This document shows, in pieces, positions 11,718 to 22,291 of a stretch of DNA of 64,000 nt. Source of the DNA: Eutreptiella sp. 'Long Island Sound 2002' (taxonomy: Eukaryota > Protista > Euglenida); contig OZ038378.1 of NCBI GenBank assembly GCA_964036045.1, positions 177,754,001 through 177,818,000 on the forward strand. Direction: 5' to 3'. The notes under the pieces are model-generated. The model saw nothing but the letters and a program-made list of their open reading frames with translations, had not been told where the DNA came from and made no database searches. Every line of letters starts with the position of its first letter. Within the stretch, counting starts at the first letter, position 1. Made by a program: the position numbers and the translations under genes.

Positions 11718-13470
11718 ATTTGTGTTTGTTGGCATTCGACGAAATTGAAGGATGCTACATCTTGGATTTTCCCATTTTACAAACAGAAGGACATTTAGAA
11801 CTTATTACATCCACGCATTCATCCTATGTAAAGTTTGACAAAATAGGTCGTTCCCTTGGGTTCCAATAGTGCAGCCATAGGAGGATATCTTCCTCAAGAG
11901 GTATTTCCATGGGGATATTCCACACGGAAGCAGTCATGATGAGCTCGAGGAAGCGGGCAGTTTTGCTGCCCTAACAACGCGTGCCAATGCTTGATCCATG
12001 AAAGCTGATAGACCGCATGCATGCATGCACGAGAGACACATAGCGGCAAAGTTTCGGGCGCGTGCGAGAGGCCCTCCTAACCGCTTTCGCGGTTAAAGAA
12101 GGATCTTACTTCTCACATCGCAATCCTTTCAATGAACGCAACGTGAGGGATTACGATCTCTCCAAAGGAACGATAGATGAAACTTTGGTTTTGGGTCAAC
12201 TAAAGAAAGATGTAGCCGAATTCGTTAAAATTTGTTGAAACAAAAAATGCGAAGAAAGCGATGTGAGAAAACACGCAAAATTGAGGTGTAGAGTGTTGGG
12301 GGAAGCGGGGTTCAAGCCCGGTTCTCTAGCTTTGACCTTTGCTTGGCCAACCAAGTGCGCTACGGCGTCTATGGGTGAACCCGGCGGTAGCGCCAATAGT
12401 GGGTTCCCATTGAGTCGCTCAGCACTCGGATTCATTCGACAGTTCATACATCATAATCGCAATGGTCGGCCAATGCGGCCTCGTGAGACCTCTTACTCAA
12501 GCGCGGGGCTGTGGCCTAGGGTGATTTGGCTCAGGTGATGTTATTATGCCTCAAAAGGGTGTATGGGATGACAATATTTGTTGACATTCAAATCGCTGAA
12601 CTCTCAAAAGCACAAATCCTTCCACAAGTTTCCCGTTTTCGGTTGCACCGCCGGTGCCACCGCACGGACCGGGGTTTGGTAACCGACACAAAACGCGGGC
12701 CTGTGCACTCACTGTAGCAGAGGCAGGTTTCGATCCTGCGACCTATGGGTTATGAGCCCATCGCGCTAACCACTGCGCCACTCTGCTGCTGTCAGCGGCC
12801 CCAAATTCATCATCCATTGACGTGTCAGAACTCAGAACTTACTTTTTCCTTTCTAAAAAAAGAAATTGTCTTGGATTCATGATTTTGTGTTTGAATGTAT
12901 GATGTATTGAGTATTGATCAATGCATGAAGAGGCTCAACATTTTCACTTTTGTGCATGATGTTGTCAATGGTAGGTAGGCTCAATGGTAGGTTCAAAAAG
13001 TTGCCTTGCCGGTTCAAGAAGTTGCCTTGCCGGGAGGTGTCGCGCGCACTGCATTAGGCAAATGCAGTGCGCTAGGCAAAGTGCAGCTGCGAGGGTCGGA
13101 AATCGGGCATTACAACCGGAAGTACTGGCTAAAAGGGCACCTCGGGATATCAAATACCTAGGCCAGCATCGATTTGTGACTTTCGTTCACCGATGGATGG
13201 ATATTTTGCGAAAATTGAATGCAAAATAGTGTTGCCGTCACAGCAAGCATAGTTTTCACCCACCCGCCCCTCCCGCTGCGGCCGTTGACAGAAAATTACC
13301 CTCATTCGGGTTCGAACCTCAGACCCAAAAACATACATCTGTGTAGGTAACCACTAAAGTACACACTCAAGTCGTCAACGGCATGTTGCCAATTAATTAT
13401 AAAAAGATCACTAATTACTGCCCCTCCCTCCCCTTACCATCACTGATCATCAGCCACAAATGCCTAGGCC
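11718..13470 (-). mobile_element. 1753-bp tRNA-iMet-bearing unit, copy 1 (left arm of a long inverted repeat)
   Basis: Reverse complement of 15302-17050; mirrored ORF coordinates sum to 28768. Ends are ATTTGTG... and ...CACAAATGCCTAGGCC. The repeat is directly visible; mobility is inferred. Confidence 0.75.
12715..12787 (-). tRNA. trnM-i: tRNA-iMet (CAU), eukaryotic initiator type
   Basis: Exact reverse complement of 15981-16053. 73 nt, A1:U72, three G:C pairs in the anticodon stem, A54/A60. Confidence 0.95.
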
Positions 13471-14441
13471 ACACTTGAAAATTGTCCCAAATAGCTTAGA
13501 ATGGCATGTAACAGCATTTTCGGAACCCCACGGGCCCCCTTTCAATAGCTTCCATTCTTGGTTTGTGTGCTGGGCCTACCTATTAATCGGTTTTTCTCGT
13601 AGACATATTGATAGCATGCTCAGTTTTTCGTCGACAAAATTATAACCATTCAAACAAAATCAAAATGAGACACCGTAAAAAAAAGGAATGGTTCTCACGT
13701 AAGCCCCAAAAAACGAAAAACTAACAAAGGACCAAAAAGCTTGCCCATAGTGCGCCTTCACCGCATCTTCACCCTGCGCACCCCGCGTTGTTGTTACCTT
13801 ATTTAGAAGTTGTTGACATCTATTTCACATGCTAGAATATCATGAAGCTTTCAATTTATCCATTTATCAATTAATGTATTAAGTCTTAAGTATCAGGTCG
13901 TGTAGGAGGTTCCGCCTTTCTTTGTATACTTTCTAGCTTGTGACATGTAAGGTGAATTACTTTGCCACGAGAGGGCTAAGAAAGGGCTTCAGAAGGGTGC
14001 ATGTAGAGAAAATATGCAGCGCATTAGATTCTTACTGCTGACACGATCCATCACATAGACTAATATTCAGAGCGACGTTTGAACAAACTGAGCTCAAATT
14101 TCTTGAGTCGAAATCAACTGTGGCATGGCCTCCACTATCTTCGGCCCTTTTCAGCAAAAGCCCACCTTCGGTTTTTATGGGGAAGGTCACCAAAGCCCAC
14201 CTTCGGCTTTTTGGGGGAAGGTCTTGGTGAGTCAAACCCTAAGGAGGGAGCATAACCTTAACCAAACTTAACCTTAAGCCTCTCATAAAAAATTTTCTTT
14301 CGCGCCTTCGGCGCATGGGAAGGAAGACATACACAATGACAAACAAAGGCAATTGCAAAATGGGCAAAGTAGGTCAATTGCATCCATGTGATGAAGTACA
14401 TCATTGTCGGAACATACAACATACATTTCACCTGGGCACCA

Positions 14442-14906
14442 CTACTGGTAATGGTTCAGCATCGTGCCAAGCTGCTCGGCCCTTTGCATCAGCACTGTGA
14501 TGGTATGAAACTCCTGCGGTGTCCACGCCCTTTCGTGACCAAGGGCGTGGTAGTGGGCAAGCTGTAGGTTAGCGTTGTTGAGTGCCCTTTGGGTTTGGTC
14601 ACGGATAAGCGCACGTGCATTCACCTGTGCTTGTGCATGTTGTATGTATGCATCTGCTTGTGCTTGTGGTACAGGTAGTGGTGCTTGTGGTGGTGCTTGT
14701 GGTGGTGCTTGTGGTTGTGGTGCTTGTGGTGGTGCTGGTGGTGGTGCTTGTGGTTGTGTACGACCTTGTGTTGCTGTAGAGGATGATGCCCTCTCCTCAA
14801 CTGCCTCGTCAACTGGAGCCTCCACCCCCTGGTCCGGGCTAGGGTTAGACGTCCGAAATGGTGTCATTGATGAGCTCATTGAGAATGAGCATTTGTACCA
14901 TGTCAA
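14442..14906 (-). CDS. Hypothetical Gln/Ala/Pro-repeat protein fragment followed by a predicted helical segment
   Basis: The 154-aa ORF has QAPP repeats and then ADAYIQHAQAQVNARALIRDQTQRALNNANLQ. Composition looks protein-like from about 14835 downward; the start codon is uncertain. Confidence 0.35.
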   Translation of the reverse strand: MTWYKCSFSMSSSMTPFRTSNPSPDQGVEAPVDEAVEERASSSTATQGRTQPQAPPPAPPQAPQPQAPPQAPPQAPLPVPQAQADAYIQHAQAQVNARALIRDQTQRALNNANLQLAHYHALGHERAWTPQEFHTITVLMQRAEQLGTMLNHYQ

Positions 14907-15301
14907 TTATGAGGATGATGCGTGGATGCGGAATGTGTTGCGACTGCGAGATCGGGATGGGTGGGACCAAAATCTGGGTGACATTGTCATAGTAGCAGCA
15001 GCCAATGTGTACGGCTTTGTCATTGCCGTCCACATCAGAGCCCAGGTGTACATTACGGAACCACAAGAGGGACGGGTGCCAATTCCGGAACCAATAGAAT
15101 TGGAGTTAGACCATCAGCATTATAGCGCCCGGGTGGGGCCTGCCCAAGAACCTTCCCCCCCTGTTCTGCCACGCCCTGACCCTGAACCGAAAGTGGTTGA
15201 CCTAAGCCTGGAGGATGATGCCCCCATTGACATTGACCCCTTGCTGACCCCTCAGGAGGTTGAAGAGATTGTTATGGAGGATGTAGAGTCTCAGTCACCA
15301 A
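14848..15301 (+). pseudogene. OTU-like cysteine protease domain (C-terminal half) plus acidic/Pro linker, interrupted by repeat copy 2
   Basis: DVRNGVIDELIENEHLY...GWDQNLGDIVIVAAANVYGFVIAVH...IELELDHQHYSA follows the OTU pattern R...W-x-G...I-x-A...I-x-V...HY. No DGNC catalytic-Cys motif is visible upstream. Confidence 0.5.
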
Positions 15302-17050
15302 GGCCTAGGCATTTGTGGCTGATGATCAGTGATGGTAAGGGGAGGGAGGGGCAGTAGTGATCTTTTTGTAATTAATTGGCAACATGCTGTTGACGACTTG
15401 AGTGTGTACTTTAGTGGTTACCTACACAGATGTATGTTTTTGGGTCTGAGGTTCGAACCCGAATGAGGGTAATTTTCTGTCAACGGCCGCAGCGGGAGGG
15501 GCGGGTGGGTGAAAACTATGCTTGCTGTGACGGCAACACTATTTTGCATTCAATTTTCGCAAAATATCCATCCATCGGTGAACGAAAGTCACAAATCGAT
15601 GCTGGCCTAGGTATTTGATATCCCGAGGTGCCCTTTTAGCCAGTACTTCCGGTTGTAATGCCCGATTTCCGACCCTCGCAGCTGCACTTTGCCTAGCGCA
15701 CTGCATTTGCCTAATGCAGTGCGCGCGACACCTCCCGGCAAGGCAACTTCTTGAACCGGCAAGGCAACTTTTTGAACCTACCATTGAGCCTACCTACCAT
15801 TGACAACATCATGCACAAAAGTGAAAATGTTGAGCCTCTTCATGCATTGATCAATACTCAATACATCATACATTCAAACACAAAATCATGAATCCAAGAC
15901 AATTTCTTTTTTTAGAAAGGAAAAAGTAAGTTCTGAGTTCTGACACGTCAATGGATGATGAATTTGGGGCCGCTGACAGCAGCAGAGTGGCGCAGTGGTT
16001 AGCGCGATGGGCTCATAACCCATAGGTCGCAGGATCGAAACCTGCCTCTGCTACAGTGAGTGCACAGGCCCGCGTTTTGTGTCGGTTACCAAACCCCGGT
16101 CCGTGCGGTGGCACCGGCGGTGCAACCGAAAACGGGAAACTTGTGGAAGGATTTGTGCTTTTGAGAGTTCAGCGATTTGAATGTCAACAAATATTGTCAT
16201 CCCATACACCCTTTTGAGGCATAATAACATCACCTGAGCCAAATCACCCTAGGCCACAGCCCCGCGCTTGAGTAAGAGGTCTCACGAGGCCGCATTGGCC
16301 GACCATTGCGATTATGATGTATGAACTGTCGAATGAATCCGAGTGCTGAGCGACTCAATGGGAACCCACTATTGGCGCTACCGCCGGGTTCACCCATAGA
16401 CGCCGTAGCGCACTTGGTTGGCCAAGCAAAGGTCAAAGCTAGAGAACCGGGCTTGAACCCCGCTTCCCCCAACACTCTACACCTCAATTTTGCGTGTTTT
16501 CTCACATCGCTTTCTTCGCATTTTTTGTTTCAACAAATTTTAACGAATTCGGCTACATCTTTCTTTAGTTGACCCAAAACCAAAGTTTCATCTATCGTTC
16601 CTTTGGAGAGATCGTAATCCCTCACGTTGCGTTCATTGAAAGGATTGCGATGTGAGAAGTAAGATCCTTCTTTAACCGCGAAAGCGGTTAGGAGGGCCTC
16701 TCGCACGCGCCCGAAACTTTGCCGCTATGTGTCTCTCGTGCATGCATGCATGCGGTCTATCAGCTTTCATGGATCAAGCATTGGCACGCGTTGTTAGGGC
16801 AGCAAAACTGCCCGCTTCCTCGAGCTCATCATGACTGCTTCCGTGTGGAATATCCCCATGGAAATACCTCTTGAGGAAGATATCCTCCTATGGCTGCACT
16901 ATTGGAACCCAAGGGAACGACCTATTTTGTCAAACTTTACATAGGATGAATGCGTGGATGTAATAAGTTCTAAATGTCCTTCTGTTTGTAAAATGGGAAA
17001 ATCCAAGATGTAGCATCCTTCAATTTCGTCGAATGCCAACAAACACAAAT
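15302..17050 (+). mobile_element. 1749-bp tRNA-iMet-bearing unit, copy 2 (right arm of a long inverted repeat)
   Basis: By-eye comparison shows differences from copy 1 only at 2 substitutions and a 4-bp indel near the inner end. Confidence 0.75.
15981..16053 (+). tRNA. trnM-i: tRNA-iMet (CAU), eukaryotic initiator type
   Basis: AGCAGAGTGGCGCAGTGGTTAGCGCGATGGGCTCATAACCCATAGGTCGCAGGATCGAAACCTGCCTCTGCTA folds as a cloverleaf. Anticodon CAT, ATCGAAA T-loop, no encoded CCA, and a T4 run about 20 nt downstream. Confidence 0.95.
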
Positions 17051-18030
17051 TGGACCCTCGTGGATCAGTGATCCGCGGACCGCCTACCACACCTACGCCC
17101 TTAGTGGTCGACGAAGTCAAGCGAGTTGGGGTCACGGATTTCCGAGTTGACAAGCCCAGCAAAGAGGGGAATTAGGTTGTACGAGTCAAGGGGAGTCAAC
17201 TTGGTGATGGTTGATAGTGCACAAGTTAGAGCTCGTCGTGGAGAGCGTAGCATCGCAATTCTCCGCCATCACTCACAACAACATCGCCCCCCAAAATGGC
17301 CTCCAAGTTCGAGCCCTCGTGGAAGGTGATGCACAAGCAAAACTCAAGCATGTGCTTAAACGATTCGCGAATCGAAGCGTAGGTAGCGCAATATTGGTCA
17401 GTAGTACTAGTGCCATTATGCCTTCGTTGGCCCCACAACGGTTCAAAACCCTAATTCAAGTACCCAAAACGAATTGCACAAGTCAATCCTACACGTCATA
17501 TGAGCCGTTGGGGGCCAGATTTCCTCACACATCAACTAGCTTTCGGGTGGTTTTTTCCTCGTCCGTTTCGTCCTCGTCGGGAATGCACGCTAAACATTGA
17601 GTCTTGGTACCTCTTTTATGGCACTTGAGTTTGTGCCCTGAACAAGCTTTGTCGACACTTGTTTGCAAGTGTGCATGCAAAGGGTGTATATGAATGTCCA
17701 TATATATGCACCCCGAGGGCCCGCGTGTTGAGGCCTTTTATCAACCCTTGGTGAGCCGTGTTGACACTATGATGATGTGTCGGGTTTCAAGACAAGGAAA
17801 AATATTTATCATTGGGAAATTCTTGATCGCATATTGCAAGCCGTTGTGTACGTGCATGCATGCATGTGGGTTGCCCAAATGTGCGCATGAGTCTTTGCAT
17901 TGCGCATCCGTTGTCGCCCGCGCATCATTGGTTGTAGGGTTGCTACTTTTGTGGGTAATGGAGCTCCCTTGGCACTGAACTATGAGTTAATAACCAAAGA
18001 GTTGACATAGCGTAATACTGCCGTAGGACC

Positions 18031-21000
18031 ATGTCCCACGACTTTATTGAGGGCATGCTACGCGAGGCATTTGGGCCAACATTGCAGCATTGGTGCATCG
18101 TTGGCCAACCCGTCCAACAAAGCTTATCTGGGGCATACCTTATTCACTTGGAATGCACCACCCAAGGGCCTGGTGCACACGAGGCCCCATTCTTGACACG
18201 GCTGGTCCTCAAGCGGATGATTCCAGACCATGCTAGTACTTTGCCACTTGATGCTACCATAGAACAGCAGGTTGTTGCGCGCAACAAGGATAGAAGTTAT
18301 GCGAATGAGTACGCCTTCTTTGCCACCCACGCAGCCGCGCTAATTGCGGTAGGCTGTCGGGTACCGCGTGTCGTCCGCACAACCGATGACACTTGCTTCA
18401 ACGTGTTGATGGAAGCGATGTTACCTGAAGATGGTTGGCAGCAGCTACCGGTGATTCCAGCGGGGCCTTGTACCCGGGTTGCCCTCCGTTGGTTGGCCCG
18501 CTTTCATGCAGCATTCCTTCCGGCAAAGTGTGGAGGTGGTGGACGTGCGCTACACACCCCGGGTGCGTGGGACGCTGGGATGCACTTGCAACTGGGCAAG
18601 CGTCCCCCAACCGAAGTGGAGCGAGTGTCGAGCATTGTGGCAGCCCTCGGGGGGCCCTTTGCTAATACGGATCCGTTTTTCCAGCTGGACACTTTGCACT
18701 CCTTTGGGGAGGCGCTGCAAACCATGGCCCCAAAGGCAGCGACACGGTTAGCCCCCTTCTTCTAGCCGTCTGTGTTGTGTTTGAGTGGATCACCCATACG
18801 CAAAATGTGCCCCCCGTGACCACACTTTGTAACCTTGTACTCTTTTGATGAGCAAACGTGGAAAGAGCGATTCATCAACCAGCAGATGAATGAATGATAT
18901 ATTTTGGGTGGACCAATCTATGGACTACAACTTCAAGGAGAAACTCAAAGATGATGGCTTTGATGTATCATCTTTGGGAGTGGGTGTCGTAATGACATTT
19001 CTGGGCCTAGTAGTTGTCTTGCGAATGTGCCATTGGGCCGCGTTTGCAACATGCATTGACGGGGAAGGTCCGGCTGTCAACTCACTCACTCGCTTGGAGG
19101 ATAGCATTTGCAACCCGAACGCGTGCGCGTTCCGGGTGTCAACTTCGGAACGGAACTAAAAACTAAGGAGTTGCCCCATGCGGTGCTGTGCCTCCATGAG
19201 ACCCCCGTAGAATTGACATCCCAGCCCCATACCAGGCCCCTGACTAGACAGCCCCCCTCCTGTCAGGCATGAAGGGTGGTGTGAAAAGCGTCAACATGAC
19301 AATTGGGAACAAGACGCTTGCACACAGCCTTGGCTGCCAGGATTTGCCTTCCTGCCCTCTTGACCGTGTCCGTGGCTCTTGTCTCTACAGCTTGCTTTCT
19401 GGAAGCCCAACTGAACCTCCGCTTGTCACCATGGTACACGGTGACTTCAAGTCTGCAAATATGGTATTTCGAAATGTGGAAAGCCCAGAGCCCACTGTGG
19501 CGAGTTTCGATTGGCAGTGGACAGGCCCAGGGGTGGGAGCCACGGATTTGATTTATTTGTGTGCTATGAGCCTTGCAGACGAGGTATGGCGTGTGCTCTG
19601 CTTTGCCCTTTTCGCTCCCGGATGTCCCCGTTGACGCAGTGCTCAACTGCAGCACTGTTTCATTGCATATCTGGCGCACAGTGGAAGGTGTGATACTGCA
19701 CACAATCGCGGTCCGGCTGACGGACTATTACCGCATACCCCACAACCCAGGCGTGTGGCGCGAAATACCCCTGTCTACACCTGTCTACACACTGCACAAA
19801 CCGCGACCGCCTGACTGTGTGGACGGATGGCCCCATCAAGGGGTGGTACTTCTTTGGCCAGTCTTTGTGTTGGCACAGGGTAGGGGAGGGCACACACACA
19901 CGCGTGCGCGCGCTCTGTTGCTTTGGTTGGTGTCATTGGGCGCCACACATACACACACACACACACTCTCTCTCTCTCTCTCTCTCTCTCGAATGCCACC
20001 CGCATCCATATGCCATTTTTTTGTGAAAAGTTAAGGTGAAAATCCATGTGAGCCATGTGATCATCAAGACCACACGTCTCAAGCCCGTTCTAATCCAGAT
20101 ATGGCGTTCAAAGACGCTTTGGACCTTGTTTTTGACTACCACAAAGAGTTTCCTTGACTGTCGCACACAGATTGTGTGTTTTTTTGACACTTTTGAGCCT
20201 TTGCTCGTTGTCTTTCACATCGCGTTTGGCGCGCGCGTGCACACACACACACACACACGTGTGATTATTACGTCTAAGTATAGTTTGCCAAATGTCTGCA
20301 AAGAGTAGAAGCGAAAACCCATGTGCTGAACGGCTAATCAAGAGGGTTGACATCTAAAGATGTCAGCATTTCTGCGGACCCTTCCATTTTGGGTTCACGG
20401 TCAAGAGTTCAGGGCATCTAAACACGCCATGCTTATCGCACTGTAACAAGCGTTTCAACATGATACCCAGTATTACATCATATGGTACACCCAAGGTGAT
20501 GCCTTTTTGACACGGTTGAGCTGTCTTGCTTGTGCCTTTGGCACGCAAACAACCAAGAGACAGGTCGGTAAGCCGTCTCCACACAAGAGTTTGAGTGTCA
20601 TGACATGAACAAGACCGACGAAAAGGCAAGCTGTGCATTCTGGTGGCGAGCGGACCAACAGACACACTTGGACCTCTTTGGTAAGGCAATAAGCACAGAA
20701 GACTGTGAATTGTGGAACAAGGTGGGGTGTCCATGATAACGTCCATCCGACCAATTTGCACAAGCTGTTATCTCTTCACTACAAGGACCGTTTCCCAGTG
20801 TTTCCACTTCAGAAAGCAGGCACGGTACACAAGCAGAAAGCATGACGAGGTCCCCTCAAGAGGCTCATGGAACAGGGTTTTTCCCATGGCACAATCCGCC
20901 ACCCAGGTCTCAGTTGGCCGAACAAGATCGCTTTATCACATTCACAACATTGATATGTCATGAAAATTGTGGCACATGTATGCGGCTACACACATACACG

Positions 21001-22291
21001 CATGGACCTCAATGCTGTGACATGCACACACACAGTTTGTTCACATGCATGTGTGCAAACACCCACAATGCCCTCAAAGGAGAATAGGAGGGTTTCCTGA
21101 CCTCCACTTTACAAATCAAGTGGTGCATTGGGACAAATATGTGTAACACCCATTCTAGTACGACCTTCTTTTCCGCAACATTTGTGTGCGACAGATTTGG
21201 AGCCGCCAAAATGTCCGCGGCAGAACTGCCACAAGCCACGATCGCCAGCAATGGCCCGATATATGTAGTACTTTCCCCCCATTTCTGGGACCCTGAGAAG
21301 GTAAGGGGTATGTAGTACCTTTGGTTTTCCCCCCACACCAGGCACCCCAAGACGGTAGGCGTTTTGAAGCTATTCCTCCCCCTGTTGGGGAGCCCCACAA
21401 GGCAGGGGTTAGTGTAGCCACTTTGCTTTTTTTTGCCACACCGGGGCTACCGGGGAGGGCACGTGCACGTACGTGGGCACAAGTGGGGACGCAAAGAAGG
21501 GCGCCGCACTGCTGAGGCCCTGGGAAACATGTTAACCAAAGGACATACTAGTGTTGAATTGTTGCACTGGGAAACGCAACTAAAGTGCACTAAGTGGGGT
21601 GATTGGGCACACTGTCTTGGCAATGGCTTTCGGTACTGTCATGCATTGCACAAATGATTTCTTACAGAAAGAGTTATCAGGACCAAACCTATTTGTCCAT
21701 TGGCGCCAGTGTGGCAAAGTACCATTTACCCGGTGTATGGCACCTCCAGCCAGTGATTGTTACGTTGGCAGCCCTTCTTATTTTTTCTGACATGAAGGAG
21801 GTGGGTTTTTTTCGGCAAGCTGCTTTGAGAATTGAATACCATAGATATTGCTGTGGCGAGAACGTTCGATGGTCTGTCCAGGAGATTCGTCCTGTGGTAA
21901 GCCTGGATATGTGTTGCGCTCCGCGTGTCATACTGAGGTAGCATCAGGATATCACAAGCTTTGTCATAGCTCCCCTTGCAATGTGCAGGTGGTGGCAAAC
22001 TACGAGGCTGCTGTACTGCGTCCATACCATGAGGAGCTCACAGCTGCACTGGGTGGCAACGAATCGGTGTATCCCTTTGGCACTTTGTGCATGGAGTTTC
22101 AGTGGGCCACTGTTGATTTTGTGCGGTGGCTGGTGGTGGGCCGGCTGTGTGGGTTCACTCCAGAAACTTTGGCATCTCGGGCGCGGAAGAAGGACGCCAA
22201 CCAAGCAGAGTGCCTGAGGTCTTTACCACGTCTGGTTTGGCTGCTAAGGCTTGCACAAGAATGCATGGGTGCCATCCAAGAACGGGAATAG
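18031..22291 (+). CDS. APH / choline-kinase-like phosphotransferase (ecdysteroid kinase-like), 3 exons, about 403 aa
   Basis: Exons 18031-18746, 19391-19583 and 21989-22291 have GT-AG junctions and matching phases. Motifs: LVLKR, SYANEYAFF, VPRV, LARFHA, HGDFKSAN, FDWQWTGPG...DL, LLRPYH-type segment. TAG stop. Confidence 0.85.
19944..19990. repeat. Compound (CA)n(TC)n microsatellite
   Basis: Directly visible. Other (CA)n tracts occur near 20240, 42760, 45665 and 46185. Confidence 0.9.

Noticed and set aside
12705-12735. LTR retrotransposon primer-binding site complementary to tRNA-iMet
   Set aside because: It is a full 73-nt tRNA gene and lacks the TGG complement of CCA. No LTR or gag-pol is adjacent.
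12200-13400. snRNA, 7SL, U3 or 5S gene linked to the tRNA
   Set aside because: No conserved U1/U2/U5/U6/U3/SRP/5S motif was recognised by eye. An Rfam scan would be needed.
14575-14812. Cys/Gly-rich (+) and His-rich (-) peptides
   Set aside because: They are alternative-frame shadows of the GGTGCTTGT-type repeat that encodes QAPP on the minus strand.
14839-14848. Telomere-addition scar CTAGGGTTAG
   Set aside because: Under two repeat units, so compatible with chance. Mentioned only as context.
11718-17050. A single 5.3-kb Polinton/virophage-like element with 1.75-kb TIRs
   Set aside because: No TSD at the outer ends, no AG...CT termini, and no polymerase, integrase or capsid motifs. Each arm has its own insertion-like junctions.
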